Shown here in pieces: positions 37,078 to 45,460 of a stretch of DNA of 64,000 bases. The position numbers were made by a program, and so were the translations under genes. The notes under the pieces were generated by a model, which was not told the origin of the DNA, did no database searches, and worked only from the letters and a program-made list of their open reading frames with translations. Origin of the DNA: Terracidiphilus sp. Its GTDB lineage: Bacteria > Acidobacteriota > Terriglobia > Terriglobales > Acidobacteriaceae. Each line of letters begins with the position of its first letter. Within the stretch, counting starts at the first letter, position 1. Where the stretch lies: positions 11,335 to 75,334 of the forward strand of contig DATKTQ010000317.1 in the NCBI GenBank assembly GCA_035531055.1, in the 5' to 3' direction.

Positions 37078-38259
37078 CTACTTGGCTGCCGTGAGCAGGC
37101 CGGCCTGCTCCGCCAGGGGGGCCGCCTTGTCCGTGGCTTCCCAGGTAAACTCCGCCTCATCGCGGCCGAAGTGGCCGTAGGCGGCGGTCTTCTGGTAGAT
37201 GGGCCGGCGCAGGTTCAGGCTCTCAATGATTCCCTTGGGCGTGAGCGAGAAGTTCTTGCGCACGAGTTGAGCGAGCTGCGTGGAACTGAGCTTGCCGGTG
37301 CCGAAGGTATCAATGAGGACACTGACCGGCTCTGCCACGCCGATGGCGTACGCCAGCTGGACCTCGACCTTGTCTGCCAGGCCCGCGGCGACGAGGTTCT
37401 TGGCGATGTAGCGGGCGACGTAGGCAGCCGAGCGGTCGACCTTTGTCGGGTCCTTGCCGCTGAAGGCGCCGCCGCCGTGACGGCCCGCGCCGCCGTAGGT
37501 GTCCACGATGATCTTGCGCCCGGTGAGGCCGGTATCGCCCATGGGACCGCCGATGACAAAGCGGCCGGTGGGATTGATGTGGTACTTGGTGTGCTCGTCG
37601 AGCCACTCGGCGGGCAGCACGGCCTGGATGACGTGCTTGAGGATGTCGGCGTGCAGATCCTCGTTGCTGACGGTCTCCGCATGCTGGGTGGAGATGACCA
37701 CGGCATCAATGCGTGCGGGCTTGCCGTTTTCGTCGTACTCCACGGTGACCTGGCTCTTGCCGTCGGGACGCAGGTAGGGCAGTTTGCCGTTCTTGCGCAC
37801 AGCGGTGAGCTGGCGGGTGAGCTTGTGGGCCAGGGAGATGGCCGCCGGCATCAGCTCCGGCGTCTCGTTGGTGGCATAACCGAACATCATGCCCTGGTCG
37901 CCGGCGCCGCCTGTGTCCACACCCTGGGCGATATCGCCCGACTGCTTGTTGATGGTGGAGATGACCGCGCAGGTGTTGGAGTCAAAGCCATACAGCGCGT
38001 TGTCGTAACCGATGGAGGCGATGACGCCACGGACCAGGCTCTGGAAATCGACGTAAGCCTTGGTGGTGATTTCGCCGGCGATGACGACCAATCCGGTAGC
38101 CGTGAGGGTTTCCGCGGCAACTCGGCTGTAGGGGTCCTGTTCCAGGCAGGCATCCAGGATCGCATCGGAAACCTGATCGGCAATCTTGTCCGGATGACCT
38201 TCCGTCACGGACTCAGAGGTAAACAAAAAACGGTCGCTCAACTTCACATTCCTCCCCAC
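37078..38259 (-). CDS. metK: S-adenosylmethionine synthetase
   Basis: [31 protein letters not shown] and [19 protein letters not shown] are present. The start is uncertain. The ORF opens at GTG 38259, but GTG 38247 or TTG 38241 downstream of GGGGAGGA would give a more typical N-terminus. Confidence 0.95.
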   Translation of the reverse strand: MGRNVKLSDRFLFTSESVTEGHPDKIADQVSDAILDACLEQDPYSRVAAETLTATGLVVIAGEITTKAYVDFQSLVRGVIASIGYDNALYGFDSNTCAVISTINKQSGDIAQGVDTGGAGDQGMMFGYATNETPELMPAAISLAHKLTRQLTAVRKNGKLPYLRPDGKSQVTVEYDENGKPARIDAVVISTQHAETVSNEDLHADILKHVIQAVLPAEWLDEHTKYHINPTGRFVIGGPMGDTGLTGRKIIVDTYGGAGRHGGGAFSGKDPTKVDRSAAYVARYIAKNLVAAGLADKVEVQLAYAIGVAEPVSVLIDTFGTGKLSSTQLAQLVRKNFSLTPKGIIESLNLRRPIYQKTAAYGHFGRDEAEFTWEATDKAAPLAEQAGLLTAAK

Positions 38260-38510
38260 TTAAGGGATTTCGGCTGTTGGCCTGCGCCTGCGGGCCGAAA
38301 CCCTGGGGCGTATCTTCCAATGGTAATTGGGCCGAGGGCATGGGGGCAAAGGCTCATGAGCGAATGGGGTCCTGAGCCGCCCGAGGGGAGCAATGAGCGG
38401 GGTGAACCGCTCATGGGCTGCTGGCGCAGGGCTGCCGGAAGCGCAGCAGAAGCCGGAAACGGGATGGGCGCCAGAGGCGTTTCAGAGGGGATACAAGGAG
38501 AGCCGGCGGC

Positions 38511-39011
38511 CTACTGAAACCAGGAGGCGATGTGCGAGAGCACGGATTGCGCTCTGGCGGTAACGCTGTGGACAGGCATCAAAGAACTCCACCAGCCTGC
38601 GCGCATGCCGAAGAAGCGCACAGTGAAGAATGCCGTAACGCCGACCAACAGGAGAAGCAGGATGGCACCGACCCAGCGGGCACGAAGGGACGCTTCTTCA
38701 CGCTCGCGGATGCGGGTTTTGCCCACATTGGACGCGAAAGCTGTCCAGCCCTGCTCATCGTCTGTGAAGGCTCCTGAGTCACTGGAGGCACGTAGAAAGC
38801 GGTCTGTCCAGTCGTGCTCGTCCAGTCCGACGGCGCCAACATAACCGCGAACAATGCCTTTGCTGAGGATGCCGCCGGGTAACACACGGAACTTGTTCTC
38901 TTCCAGCGCAACCAAATGACGCTGGCAGATCTTTGTCACTTCGGTGATGTCTTCCAACGCGATGCCGCGAGATAGCCGCTCTGCGCGAAGGTCTTCTCCA
39001 AAGTTGCCCAT
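38511..39011 (-). CDS. RodZ-like helix-turn-helix membrane protein
   Basis: The N-terminal HTH reads FGEDLRAERLSRGIALEDITEVTKICQRHLVALEENKF, with LPGGILSKGIVRGY. A single TM segment WVGAILLLLLVGVTAFFTV follows. Confidence 0.7.
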   Translation of the reverse strand: MGNFGEDLRAERLSRGIALEDITEVTKICQRHLVALEENKFRVLPGGILSKGIVRGYVGAVGLDEHDWTDRFLRASSDSGAFTDDEQGWTAFASNVGKTRIREREEASLRARWVGAILLLLLVGVTAFFTVRFFGMRAGWWSSLMPVHSVTARAQSVLSHIASWFQ

Positions 39012-39056
39012 GCGCTACCAAAGACCGGGTGTAAGCCCGAGGAAATTTTCCACTTT

Positions 39057-39085
39057 AAGATAAACCGATTAAAGGCTCCCGTCAA
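39057..39085 (-). promoter_or_regulatory. candidate sigma-70 promoter for the RodZ-like gene
   Basis: The minus strand reads TTGACG (39085-39080), a 17-nt spacer, then TATCTT (39062-39057). This lies about 45 nt upstream of the ATG at 39011. Confidence 0.35.
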
Positions 39086-39311
39086 AGCGATTCTTCGGTT
39101 TTTCCCTTTATTTTCATTCACCTGGATTACCTTAGTCAGACGTGACCCTATTAACCAACTATACACTGCGTGAAAATAAGGCAATAGGAATGAGGAATGC
39201 GAGACGGCGGTTTGGCCGCGTGGCAGACGCCGATTCCGGACGCCGGGGCTGATACCCTTAACCTGGAGAGGCCGCGCACAATGCCGCGCCGCACAGGAGT
39301 ATGTCTGGGGA

Positions 39312-40415
39312 ATGAATAAGCTCGTAGTCGCCAATCTGCTGCACCGCCCATTGCGCTCGCTCATCAGCATTTCTGCCGTGGCCATTGAGGTGGTGATGAT
39401 TCTGTCCATTGTTGCCATTTTCATGGGCATGCTGGATGACCAGAAGGCGCGGACGAACGGTATCGGCGCTGACCTGGTGGTGAGTCCGCCGAATGCGAGC
39501 TTTATGAACGGCGTGAGCGGCGCGCCGATGTCTGCCAAACTGGCGGACGTGCTGCTGCGCCTACCGCACGTGGCGGTGGCCTCGCCGGTGATTTCGGATT
39601 TCTCCATGGCGGGTTCGGTGGAGGTGATCTACGGCATCGATTACAAGAGCTATAACGCGCTGAAGCCGTTTGTGTTTCTCGAGGGCGGTCCGTTCAAGGA
39701 ACCGAATGACGTGATTGTGGACGACGTGTTTGCGCACTCGGGCAAGGGGTATCACACCGGCGATACGATCAAGATTCTGAACCATCCTTTCCGCATCTGC
39801 GGCATTGTGGAGAGCGGAAAAGGCGGGCGCAAGCTGCTGCAGATTTCCACGTTGGGCAGCCTGATGGGTTCTGAAGGCAAGGCGACGGTGATCTACCTGA
39901 AGAGCGACGACCCAGCCAACGTGGGGCTGATTCGCCAGGAAATCCATGGCGCCAAGGGGTTGGGAGACTACCAGGTGCGGACCATGGCGGACCTGATTTC
40001 GCTGTACACGCCGTCGCGTTTTCCGGGGTTTGACATGGCGCTGAACGTGGTGATCTCGATTGCCGTGATTGTGGGCTTTCTGGTGATCTTCCAGTCGATG
40101 TACACGGCGGTCCTGGAGCGGACGCGGGAGATTGGCATATTGAAGTCTCTGGGGTCGTCGAGGGCGACGATTGTGAGTGTGGTACTGCGCGAGACAGCTG
40201 TGCTGGCGGTGATCGGTGTGGTGCTGGGCATTGGCGCCACATTCCTGGTGCGGGCGCTGCTGCACGTGAAGTTTGCCACCTTCAGCTTTGAGCTGACCCT
40301 GGCCTGGATTGGCTGGGGCGCGCTGATCGCTTTTGCCGGGTCCCTGTGCGGCGCGCTGTACCCGGCGTGGATGGCGGCGCGCAAAGACCCGATTGACGCG
40401 CTGGCTTACGAATAG
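39312..40415 (+). CDS. ABC transporter permease, FtsX/MacB-like
   Basis: The architecture is an N-terminal TM, a periplasmic domain of about 200 aa, then three C-terminal TMs. The FtsX-type motif reads VLERTREIGILKSLGSSRATI, and the C-terminus reads YPAWMAARKDPIDALAYE. Confidence 0.85.
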   Translation: MNKLVVANLLHRPLRSLISISAVAIEVVMILSIVAIFMGMLDDQKARTNGIGADLVVSPPNASFMNGVSGAPMSAKLADVLLRLPHVAVASPVISDFSMAGSVEVIYGIDYKSYNALKPFVFLEGGPFKEPNDVIVDDVFAHSGKGYHTGDTIKILNHPFRICGIVESGKGGRKLLQISTLGSLMGSEGKATVIYLKSDDPANVGLIRQEIHGAKGLGDYQVRTMADLISLYTPSRFPGFDMALNVVISIAVIVGFLVIFQSMYTAVLERTREIGILKSLGSSRATIVSVVLRETAVLAVIGVVLGIGATFLVRALLHVKFATFSFELTLAWIGWGALIAFAGSLCGALYPAWMAARKDPIDALAYE

Positions 40416-40644
40416 GCGCGCACTCAGGCAGGGTGAGACGCGGACAAAGAAATATCTCCGGCCATTCTCGTTCTTTTTTTATCGAACCATTTGTCTAGAA
40501 CCTTTGGCGTTTCCGAGGGCCTCCAACGCGCTGGGTATTTTCTTTGGCTGCTCCTGATTCTGGGATTTGCGGCCCGGCATGCCTTGCACCTGAGCGCCGA
40601 TTTTTTGCGCGCCGACCGCGACGATTTCGGACCTGAGAGCCAAA

Positions 40645-40890
40645 TTGGGTGTGTATCGGCCGGGCTGGTACGCCACGTGGAACGACGTGGATCCGGGCAC
40701 GCTGGCGGACCTGAGCACGCACTTCTCTGCGGAGCAGGTGGCGAGCTTTCACGCCTTCGATGATCCGGACCGGGACGTGCTGGTGCTGTTCAAGCTGCAC
40801 CCGCTGCCGAATGGCGAGGTCCGCGACGAGGATGCCGAGGAGCTGGAGATTCCTTTGTCCGGTGACAGAATTGCGATTTCCGTGCAATAG
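40645..40890 (+). CDS. hypothetical small acidic protein
   Basis: 81-codon frame with clear GC3 bias but a TTG start and no obvious SD. I recognise no family. It may be the 3' part of a frameshifted longer gene (see findings). Confidence 0.35.
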   Translation: MGVYRPGWYATWNDVDPGTLADLSTHFSAEQVASFHAFDDPDRDVLVLFKLHPLPNGEVRDEDAEELEIPLSGDRIAISVQ

Positions 40891-40933
40891 TTGCCCTGCG
40901 CGCCGAGGAGAAGCGAGGGCAGCCGGTTCTGAA

Positions 40934-41323
40934 TCAGGGACGGGCGATCATGACCTCAGTGGCTTTGATGAGCGCCATGGCGGAGTCGCCGGGTTGGAGC
41001 GCGAGGTCACGCACGGCGTCTGCGGTGATGATGGCCGTGACCTGCTGGCCGCCCAGGGAAAGTACCACCTTGGCCAGAAGACCTTCCACGGTCACTTCCA
41101 TCACGGTGCCCAGCAGCTGGTTGCGCCCGCTGATGCGCGGGACGCCCTTTTGCGCGGGCGCGGGCAGGAACTCCTCCAGCGACTCCAGTGGAATGCGGTG
41201 ATGGCCACCGGGCGTCTTGACGGTGCGGATGCGGCCGTTCAGGATCCAGTGCTTGAGCGCCGGGTAACTGATGCCGAGTTTCCCGGCCGCCTGGCGGGGT
41301 GTGAGCAAGGTGGATGCATTCAT
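40934..41323 (-). CDS. DNA-binding (MerR/excisionase-type HTH) protein fused to a TOBE/Mop domain
   Basis: The N-terminal HTH reads LTPRQAAGKLGISYPALKHWILNGRIRTVKTPGGHHRI. The C-terminal SGRNQLLGTVMEVTVEGLLAKVVLSLGGQQVTAIITADAVRDLALQPGDSAMALIKATEVMI is a typical molybdate/oxyanion-binding TOBE (Mop) fold sequence. Confidence 0.75.
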   Translation of the reverse strand: MNASTLLTPRQAAGKLGISYPALKHWILNGRIRTVKTPGGHHRIPLESLEEFLPAPAQKGVPRISGRNQLLGTVMEVTVEGLLAKVVLSLGGQQVTAIITADAVRDLALQPGDSAMALIKATEVMIARP

Positions 41324-41422
41324 GAATCGTGACTAACTCCCTGGCCAGTACTGTACATGGTGCCGTGCCAAATTACCCGGGATAAGGAAGCATTTGGGGC
41401 GGTTCCAGAGGGCGCTGAAGCG

Positions 41423-41438
41423 TGTGACTGCAATCACT
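41423..41438. promoter_or_regulatory. CRP/FNR-like palindrome TGTGA-N6-TCACT
   Basis: TGTGACTGCAATCACT matches TGTGA-N6-TCACA at 9 of 10 positions. It lies in the 389-nt divergent region between the HTH-TOBE gene and hppA. Confidence 0.25.
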
Positions 41439-41712
41439 CGACAGGGTCCAAACCGGATGATACGCTTCCGGTGACTTTTTCCCCGTTTTTTGGAGGTCTT
41501 GATTTTCAAGTACTGGCATTTTGAGGGTTAAAAACCTTTCGCTGGGAGGATATGTGACCGTACAAGGCTGGGTGATTTTCTTTTTGGGCGTGAGCGTGCT
41601 TTCGCCCCTTGTGGCATGGCTCTTCGCGCATCGGGTGCAGGGAGCGATCAACGGAACACCGTCAATGCCGCAGTTGGGGGCCCAAAGCCGACGGGCGGGC
41701 ACAGGCGAGTGC

Positions 41713-44148
41713 ATGAGGGGAAATCGGGTTTCGCGGCGCTGGGGGAGATTCGCCAGCGTGCTTGCCGCGCTGATGCTGCTGGGTGAAGTCGCGGCGTTTG
41801 CAGAGCCTGTTGGTCAGGTTGGAGGCGAAGCCAATCTGCAACTCCCGGATTTGAGTCAGGTTCAGTTCTTGGGGATGAACGGACACAGCCTGCTAATGTT
41901 CGGACCCCTGTTTTGCGTCTTGGGAATGGTCTTCGGTTTCTTCATGTACATCCACCTGAAGGGCCTGCCGGTGCATCGATCGATGAAGGAAGTCTCGCAG
42001 TTGATCTGGGAGACTTGCAAAACCTATCTCATCAATCAGGGCAAATTCCTGCTCCTCCTCTGGTGCTTCATTGCGGTCGTCATCCTCGCGTATTTCGCCT
42101 TGTTGCTCCACTTCAGCGCGCTGCGAGTGACCATCATCCTTGCGTTCAGCGTGCTGGGGATGGCCGGCAGCTATTTTGTGGCGTGGTTTGGCATCCGGTT
42201 GAATACGCTGGCTAATTCGCGCGCCGCTTGGGCTTCGCTGGGTGGTAATCCATATCGCGCATTCAGTATCCCGCTGAAGTCGGGCATGAGCATCGGTATG
42301 ATGCTGATCTCGATCGAGCTGCTGATGATGTTCAGCATCATTCTCCTTGTTCCGGGCGACTATGCCGGACCGTGCTTCATCGGCTTTGCCATCGGCGAGT
42401 CGCTCGGCGCCGCTGTGCTCCGACTTGCGGGCGGAATCTTCACCAAGATCGCCGACATCGGCGCCGACCTTATGAAAATCGTCTTCCATGTGAAAGAGGA
42501 CGATGCCCGAAACCCCGGCGTGATTGCCGACTGCACCGGAGACAATGCCGGCGATTCGGTCGGTCCCACGGCCGACGGTTTTGAGACGTACGGGGTGGTC
42601 CAGGTCGCCCTCATCGCCTTCATCATTCTGGGCGCCAAGAGTGCTGTTGTTGGAGTGCAATTGCTTGTCTGGCTGTTTGCAGTTCGCGTGGCCATGCTGG
42701 TGGCCGCGGTCGCGGGCTATTACATCAACGAGTTCATTGCCAGGGCGAAGTACGGCAAAGCGCAAGATTTTAACTTCGAAACGCCGCTCACCTCGCTTGT
42801 GTGGATCACTTCCGCCGTGACCATTGCAGTAACCTATCCGGTCACCTATGCCCTGCTTTCCAATCTGGGTGGAGACCCATCCCTCTGGTGGAAACTCGCG
42901 ACCATTACTTCCTGCGGGACCGTGGCGGGCGCTCTCATTCCCGAGCTTGTCAAGGTGTTTACATCCACCAAGGCCAGCCACGTGAAAGAGGTGGTGGCGT
43001 CGGCAAGGGAGGGTGGAGCTGCTCTCGGTCTCCTGTCCGGGTTTGTCGATGGAAATTTTTCCGCTTACTACCTGGGGTTGGCGGTCACCGCTCTCATGGC
43101 CCTTGGCTACGGGTTCAGTACGCTGGGGTTTGACCCGGTGATTCTGGCGGCGCCGATGTTTGCCTTTGGTCTGGTGGCTTTTGGCTTCCTGGGCATGGGG
43201 CCGGTGACCATCGCAGTCGATTCCTTTGGTCCGGTGACGGACAACGCGCAATCCATCTACGAGCTCTCGCTCATTGAGAGCCAGCCCGGTGTGCGTGAAG
43301 AAGTCAAAAAGCAGTTCGGCGTGGAAGTGGACTTCGAGCGCGCCAAGAGGATGCTGGAGGCGGGCGACGGCGCCGGTAATACCTTCAAAGCCAGCGCCAA
43401 ACCGGTGCTGATTGGCACCGCCGTGGTGGGCGCCACTACCCTGATCTTCGCCACCATTATGGCGCTTACCAACTCGCTTACCGCCAATATGGACAAACTC
43501 TCGATTCTCCACGCCCCCTTCCTGCTCGGACTGGTCACGGGTGGTGCAATCATCTATTGGTTCGTTGGCGCTTCCACCCAGGCGGTGACCACCGGCGCCT
43601 ACCGCGCCGTGGAGTTCATCAAGAGGAACATGCACATTGAAGGAGCCGAGAAAGCATCGACGGAAGACAGCAAGAAGGTGGTGGCCATTTGTACCCGATA
43701 CGCGCAAAGCGGGATGCTGACCATCTTCCTCTCGCTGTTCTTTGCCGCATTGTCTTTTGCCTTCCTGGACCCCTTCTTCTTCATCGGTTATCTGATCTCC
43801 ATTGCCATCTTCGGGCTGTACGAAGCCATCTTTCTGGCGAACGCAGGAGGAGCCTGGGATAACGCCAAGAAGATCGTCGAGGTTGATTTGCATGAAAAAG
43901 GAACGCCTCTGCATGAAGCGACGGTAGTAGGCGACCTGGTGGGCGATCCATTCAAGGACACAGCTGCCGTGGCACTCAATCCGGTCATCAAGTTCACCAC
44001 GCTCTTTGGCCTGCTCGCTGTCGAGTTGGCGGTTCGACTGTCTGCCAGCAACCCGATGTTGACGCACGTGCTTGCGGCGGTCTTCTTCGCGGTATCGTTC
44101 TTCTTCGTGCACCGCTCGTTTTACGGCATGCGCATCGGGAGCAACTAA
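41713..44148 (+). CDS. hppA: membrane-bound proton-translocating pyrophosphatase
   Basis: A polytopic protein of about 810 aa with PGVIADCTGDNAGDSVGPTADGFET, DNAQSIYE and VGDLVGDPFKDTAAVALNPVIKF. GNTFKASAKPVLIG carries Lys at the Ala/Lys switch, which suggests the K+-independent type (inference). I place the start at ATG 41713 (MRGNRVSRRWGRFASVLAALMLL). Confidence 0.9.
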   Translation: MRGNRVSRRWGRFASVLAALMLLGEVAAFAEPVGQVGGEANLQLPDLSQVQFLGMNGHSLLMFGPLFCVLGMVFGFFMYIHLKGLPVHRSMKEVSQLIWETCKTYLINQGKFLLLLWCFIAVVILAYFALLLHFSALRVTIILAFSVLGMAGSYFVAWFGIRLNTLANSRAAWASLGGNPYRAFSIPLKSGMSIGMMLISIELLMMFSIILLVPGDYAGPCFIGFAIGESLGAAVLRLAGGIFTKIADIGADLMKIVFHVKEDDARNPGVIADCTGDNAGDSVGPTADGFETYGVVQVALIAFIILGAKSAVVGVQLLVWLFAVRVAMLVAAVAGYYINEFIARAKYGKAQDFNFETPLTSLVWITSAVTIAVTYPVTYALLSNLGGDPSLWWKLATITSCGTVAGALIPELVKVFTSTKASHVKEVVASAREGGAALGLLSGFVDGNFSAYYLGLAVTALMALGYGFSTLGFDPVILAAPMFAFGLVAFGFLGMGPVTIAVDSFGPVTDNAQSIYELSLIESQPGVREEVKKQFGVEVDFERAKRMLEAGDGAGNTFKASAKPVLIGTAVVGATTLIFATIMALTNSLTANMDKLSILHAPFLLGLVTGGAIIYWFVGASTQAVTTGAYRAVEFIKRNMHIEGAEKASTEDSKKVVAICTRYAQSGMLTIFLSLFFAALSFAFLDPFFFIGYLISIAIFGLYEAIFLANAGGAWDNAKKIVEVDLHEKGTPLHEATVVGDLVGDPFKDTAAVALNPVIKFTTLFGLLAVELAVRLSASNPMLTHVLAAVFFAVSFFFVHRSFYGMRIGSN

Positions 44149-44172
44149 TCCTAATGTGAACCTGTTTTGCAA

Positions 44173-44204
44173 GCCGCCGGTGCAACCAGCGCCGGCGGCG
44201 TTTT
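44173..44204 (+). terminator. rho-independent terminator after hppA
   Basis: GCCGCCGG (44173-44180) / CCGGCGGC (44192-44199), followed by GTTTTG. Confidence 0.5.
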
Positions 44205-44222
44205 GCCGGCGTCGCGTCCCGC

Positions 44223-44909
44223 TCAGCGTTTGCCGGAGGTGAAAGCTGTAAGGCTCGCGCGCTGGCGGCCGTCTGCGTCAAAGTTTTCCGGTCGCAGCCA
44301 GGCCTCGAAGGCGCGCTTGCGGGCGGGCCACTCGTGGTCCAACATGGAGAACCATGCGGTGTCCCGGTTGTGGTCTTTGACGACCATGTGCTGGCGGAAG
44401 ATGCCCTCGAAGGTGAAGCCAAGGCGCAGGGCGGCTTGGCGGCTGGGCTCGTTCAGCGCATTGCACTTCCACTCGTAGCGGCGATATCCGAGATCGTCAA
44501 AGACGTGCCGGGCCAGAAGATACATGGCCTCTGTAGCGGCGGTGGTGCGCTGCAGGGCGGGGCTGAGCAGAATGTTTCCCACCTCCACAACGCCGTTGGC
44601 CGGGTCCATGCGCATCAAGCTCGCGTAGCCGGCGACGATTTGCGTGGCTGCGGGCATCAGGGCAAAGAAGGCGGCGTTGGCGGCAGCCTGTTTGGCGGTG
44701 AGGGCCTGGTGCAGGGCAGCTTCGGTGGGGAAGGGGCCATCGGGCATCCAGGTCCACAGCTCATCGTGACCGCGCATGGCCTGCCAGAGGGGCTGGGCGT
44801 GGCGGCTCGCATCGAGGGGTTCGAGGGTGACGGTGCGGCCTTCCATGTGGACGGGGTGGGGCAGCGCGACGGGCTTCCAATGGAGCGACTGTGTGGATGA
44901 TTCGGTCAC
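44223..44909 (-). CDS. GNAT-family N-acetyltransferase (RimJ/RimL-like)
   Basis: The 228-aa protein has VEVGNILLSPALQRTTAATEAMYLLARHVFDDLGYRRYEWKCNALNEPSRQAALRLGFTFEGIFR. This is the acetyl-CoA-binding core pattern of Acetyltransf_3-type GNATs. Confidence 0.85.
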   Translation of the reverse strand: MTESSTQSLHWKPVALPHPVHMEGRTVTLEPLDASRHAQPLWQAMRGHDELWTWMPDGPFPTEAALHQALTAKQAAANAAFFALMPAATQIVAGYASLMRMDPANGVVEVGNILLSPALQRTTAATEAMYLLARHVFDDLGYRRYEWKCNALNEPSRQAALRLGFTFEGIFRQHMVVKDHNRDTAWFSMLDHEWPARKRAFEAWLRPENFDADGRQRASLTAFTSGKR

Positions 44910-45205
44910 GCAAACAGCCTAACAGCAGGGCTGATGGATGCGATTCGGGCGCGGGATGGGGCCGGCGGGCAGCAATATCCCGGTTTCGCACAATTCAGGG
45001 CCCTTTTGCACCGCTGGTTTGCCTTGAATGGGGCCGGGGCACGGCATAGGCTGAAAGACAGCACGGGAGATGACGGGAAAGTTTCCCTCGCGCACCGGTT
45101 CTGGTGCATTTGAGAGCACAATGAGCCGCGCCTGGCAAGGCCATTTCTGCTTTCCACAGGCAAAACCGCACTGTTTTGGGACTGGGCACCAGGAATGCGA
45201 ACAAA

Positions 45206-45221
45206 ATACAACATGTTGTGG
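45206..45221. promoter_or_regulatory. NrdR-box-like palindrome upstream of nrdJ
   Basis: ATACAACATGTTGTGG contains the perfect 12-nt palindrome ACAACATGTTGT (45208-45219). It matches about 12 of 16 positions of the NrdR consensus acaCwAtATaTwGtgt as I remember it. It abuts the candidate -35 box. Confidence 0.35.
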
Positions 45222-45228
45222 TTTCCTG

Positions 45229-45257
45229 TTGACTTGCACCATAGACAGCGCTATTTT
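45229..45257 (+). promoter_or_regulatory. candidate sigma-70 promoter for nrdJ
   Basis: TTGACT (45229-45234), a 17-nt spacer, then TATTTT (45252-45257). This implies a leader of about 200 nt before the ATG at 45461. Confidence 0.4.
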
Positions 45258-45460
45258 TTCATCTGCGGCTGTTAACAAACCGTAAAGAAACGTAGCTTCC
45301 AAGGTCGCAGTCCAACCGTTGGGCGCCAGCGACTCACGGCACAACTTGAGCCCCAGTTTTTCCAGACGCTGTAAGAGTCCACAGGGCCGAATCTCAGGGT
45401 GATCGCAAGCCCCGGATAGGCAACGGATTCAACCATTTTTTGCCGACCGAGAGGAATCCG

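Noticed and set aside
41345-41362. LexA/SOS-box-like TACTGTACAT half-site next to the HTH-TOBE gene start
   Set aside because: Only the left half (TACTGT) is present, and no CAGTA partner occurs at the required spacing.
41494-41509. Sigma-54-like TGGCAT...element upstream of hppA
   Set aside because: The GG-N10-GC spacing is not satisfied (TGGCATTTTGAGGGTT has GT where GC is required).
41893-44172. 759-aa ORF on the minus strand
   Set aside because: It is exactly antisense to the well-supported hppA gene. Its composition is dominated by Arg/His/Gly/Gln with no recognisable motif. This is the typical long shadow ORF of a GC-rich gene.
45238-45253. Second NrdR box expected about 31 bp downstream of the first
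   Set aside because: The 16-mer ACCATAGACAGCGCTA matches the remembered consensus at only about 6 of 16 positions. The tandem-box arrangement typical of NrdR is therefore not supported.
45258-45460. Cobalamin riboswitch in the nrdJ leader
   Set aside because: No B12-box-like sequence or GGGAA/GCCACUG core elements are visible. B12 riboswitches are known upstream of B12-independent isozymes rather than of nrdJ.
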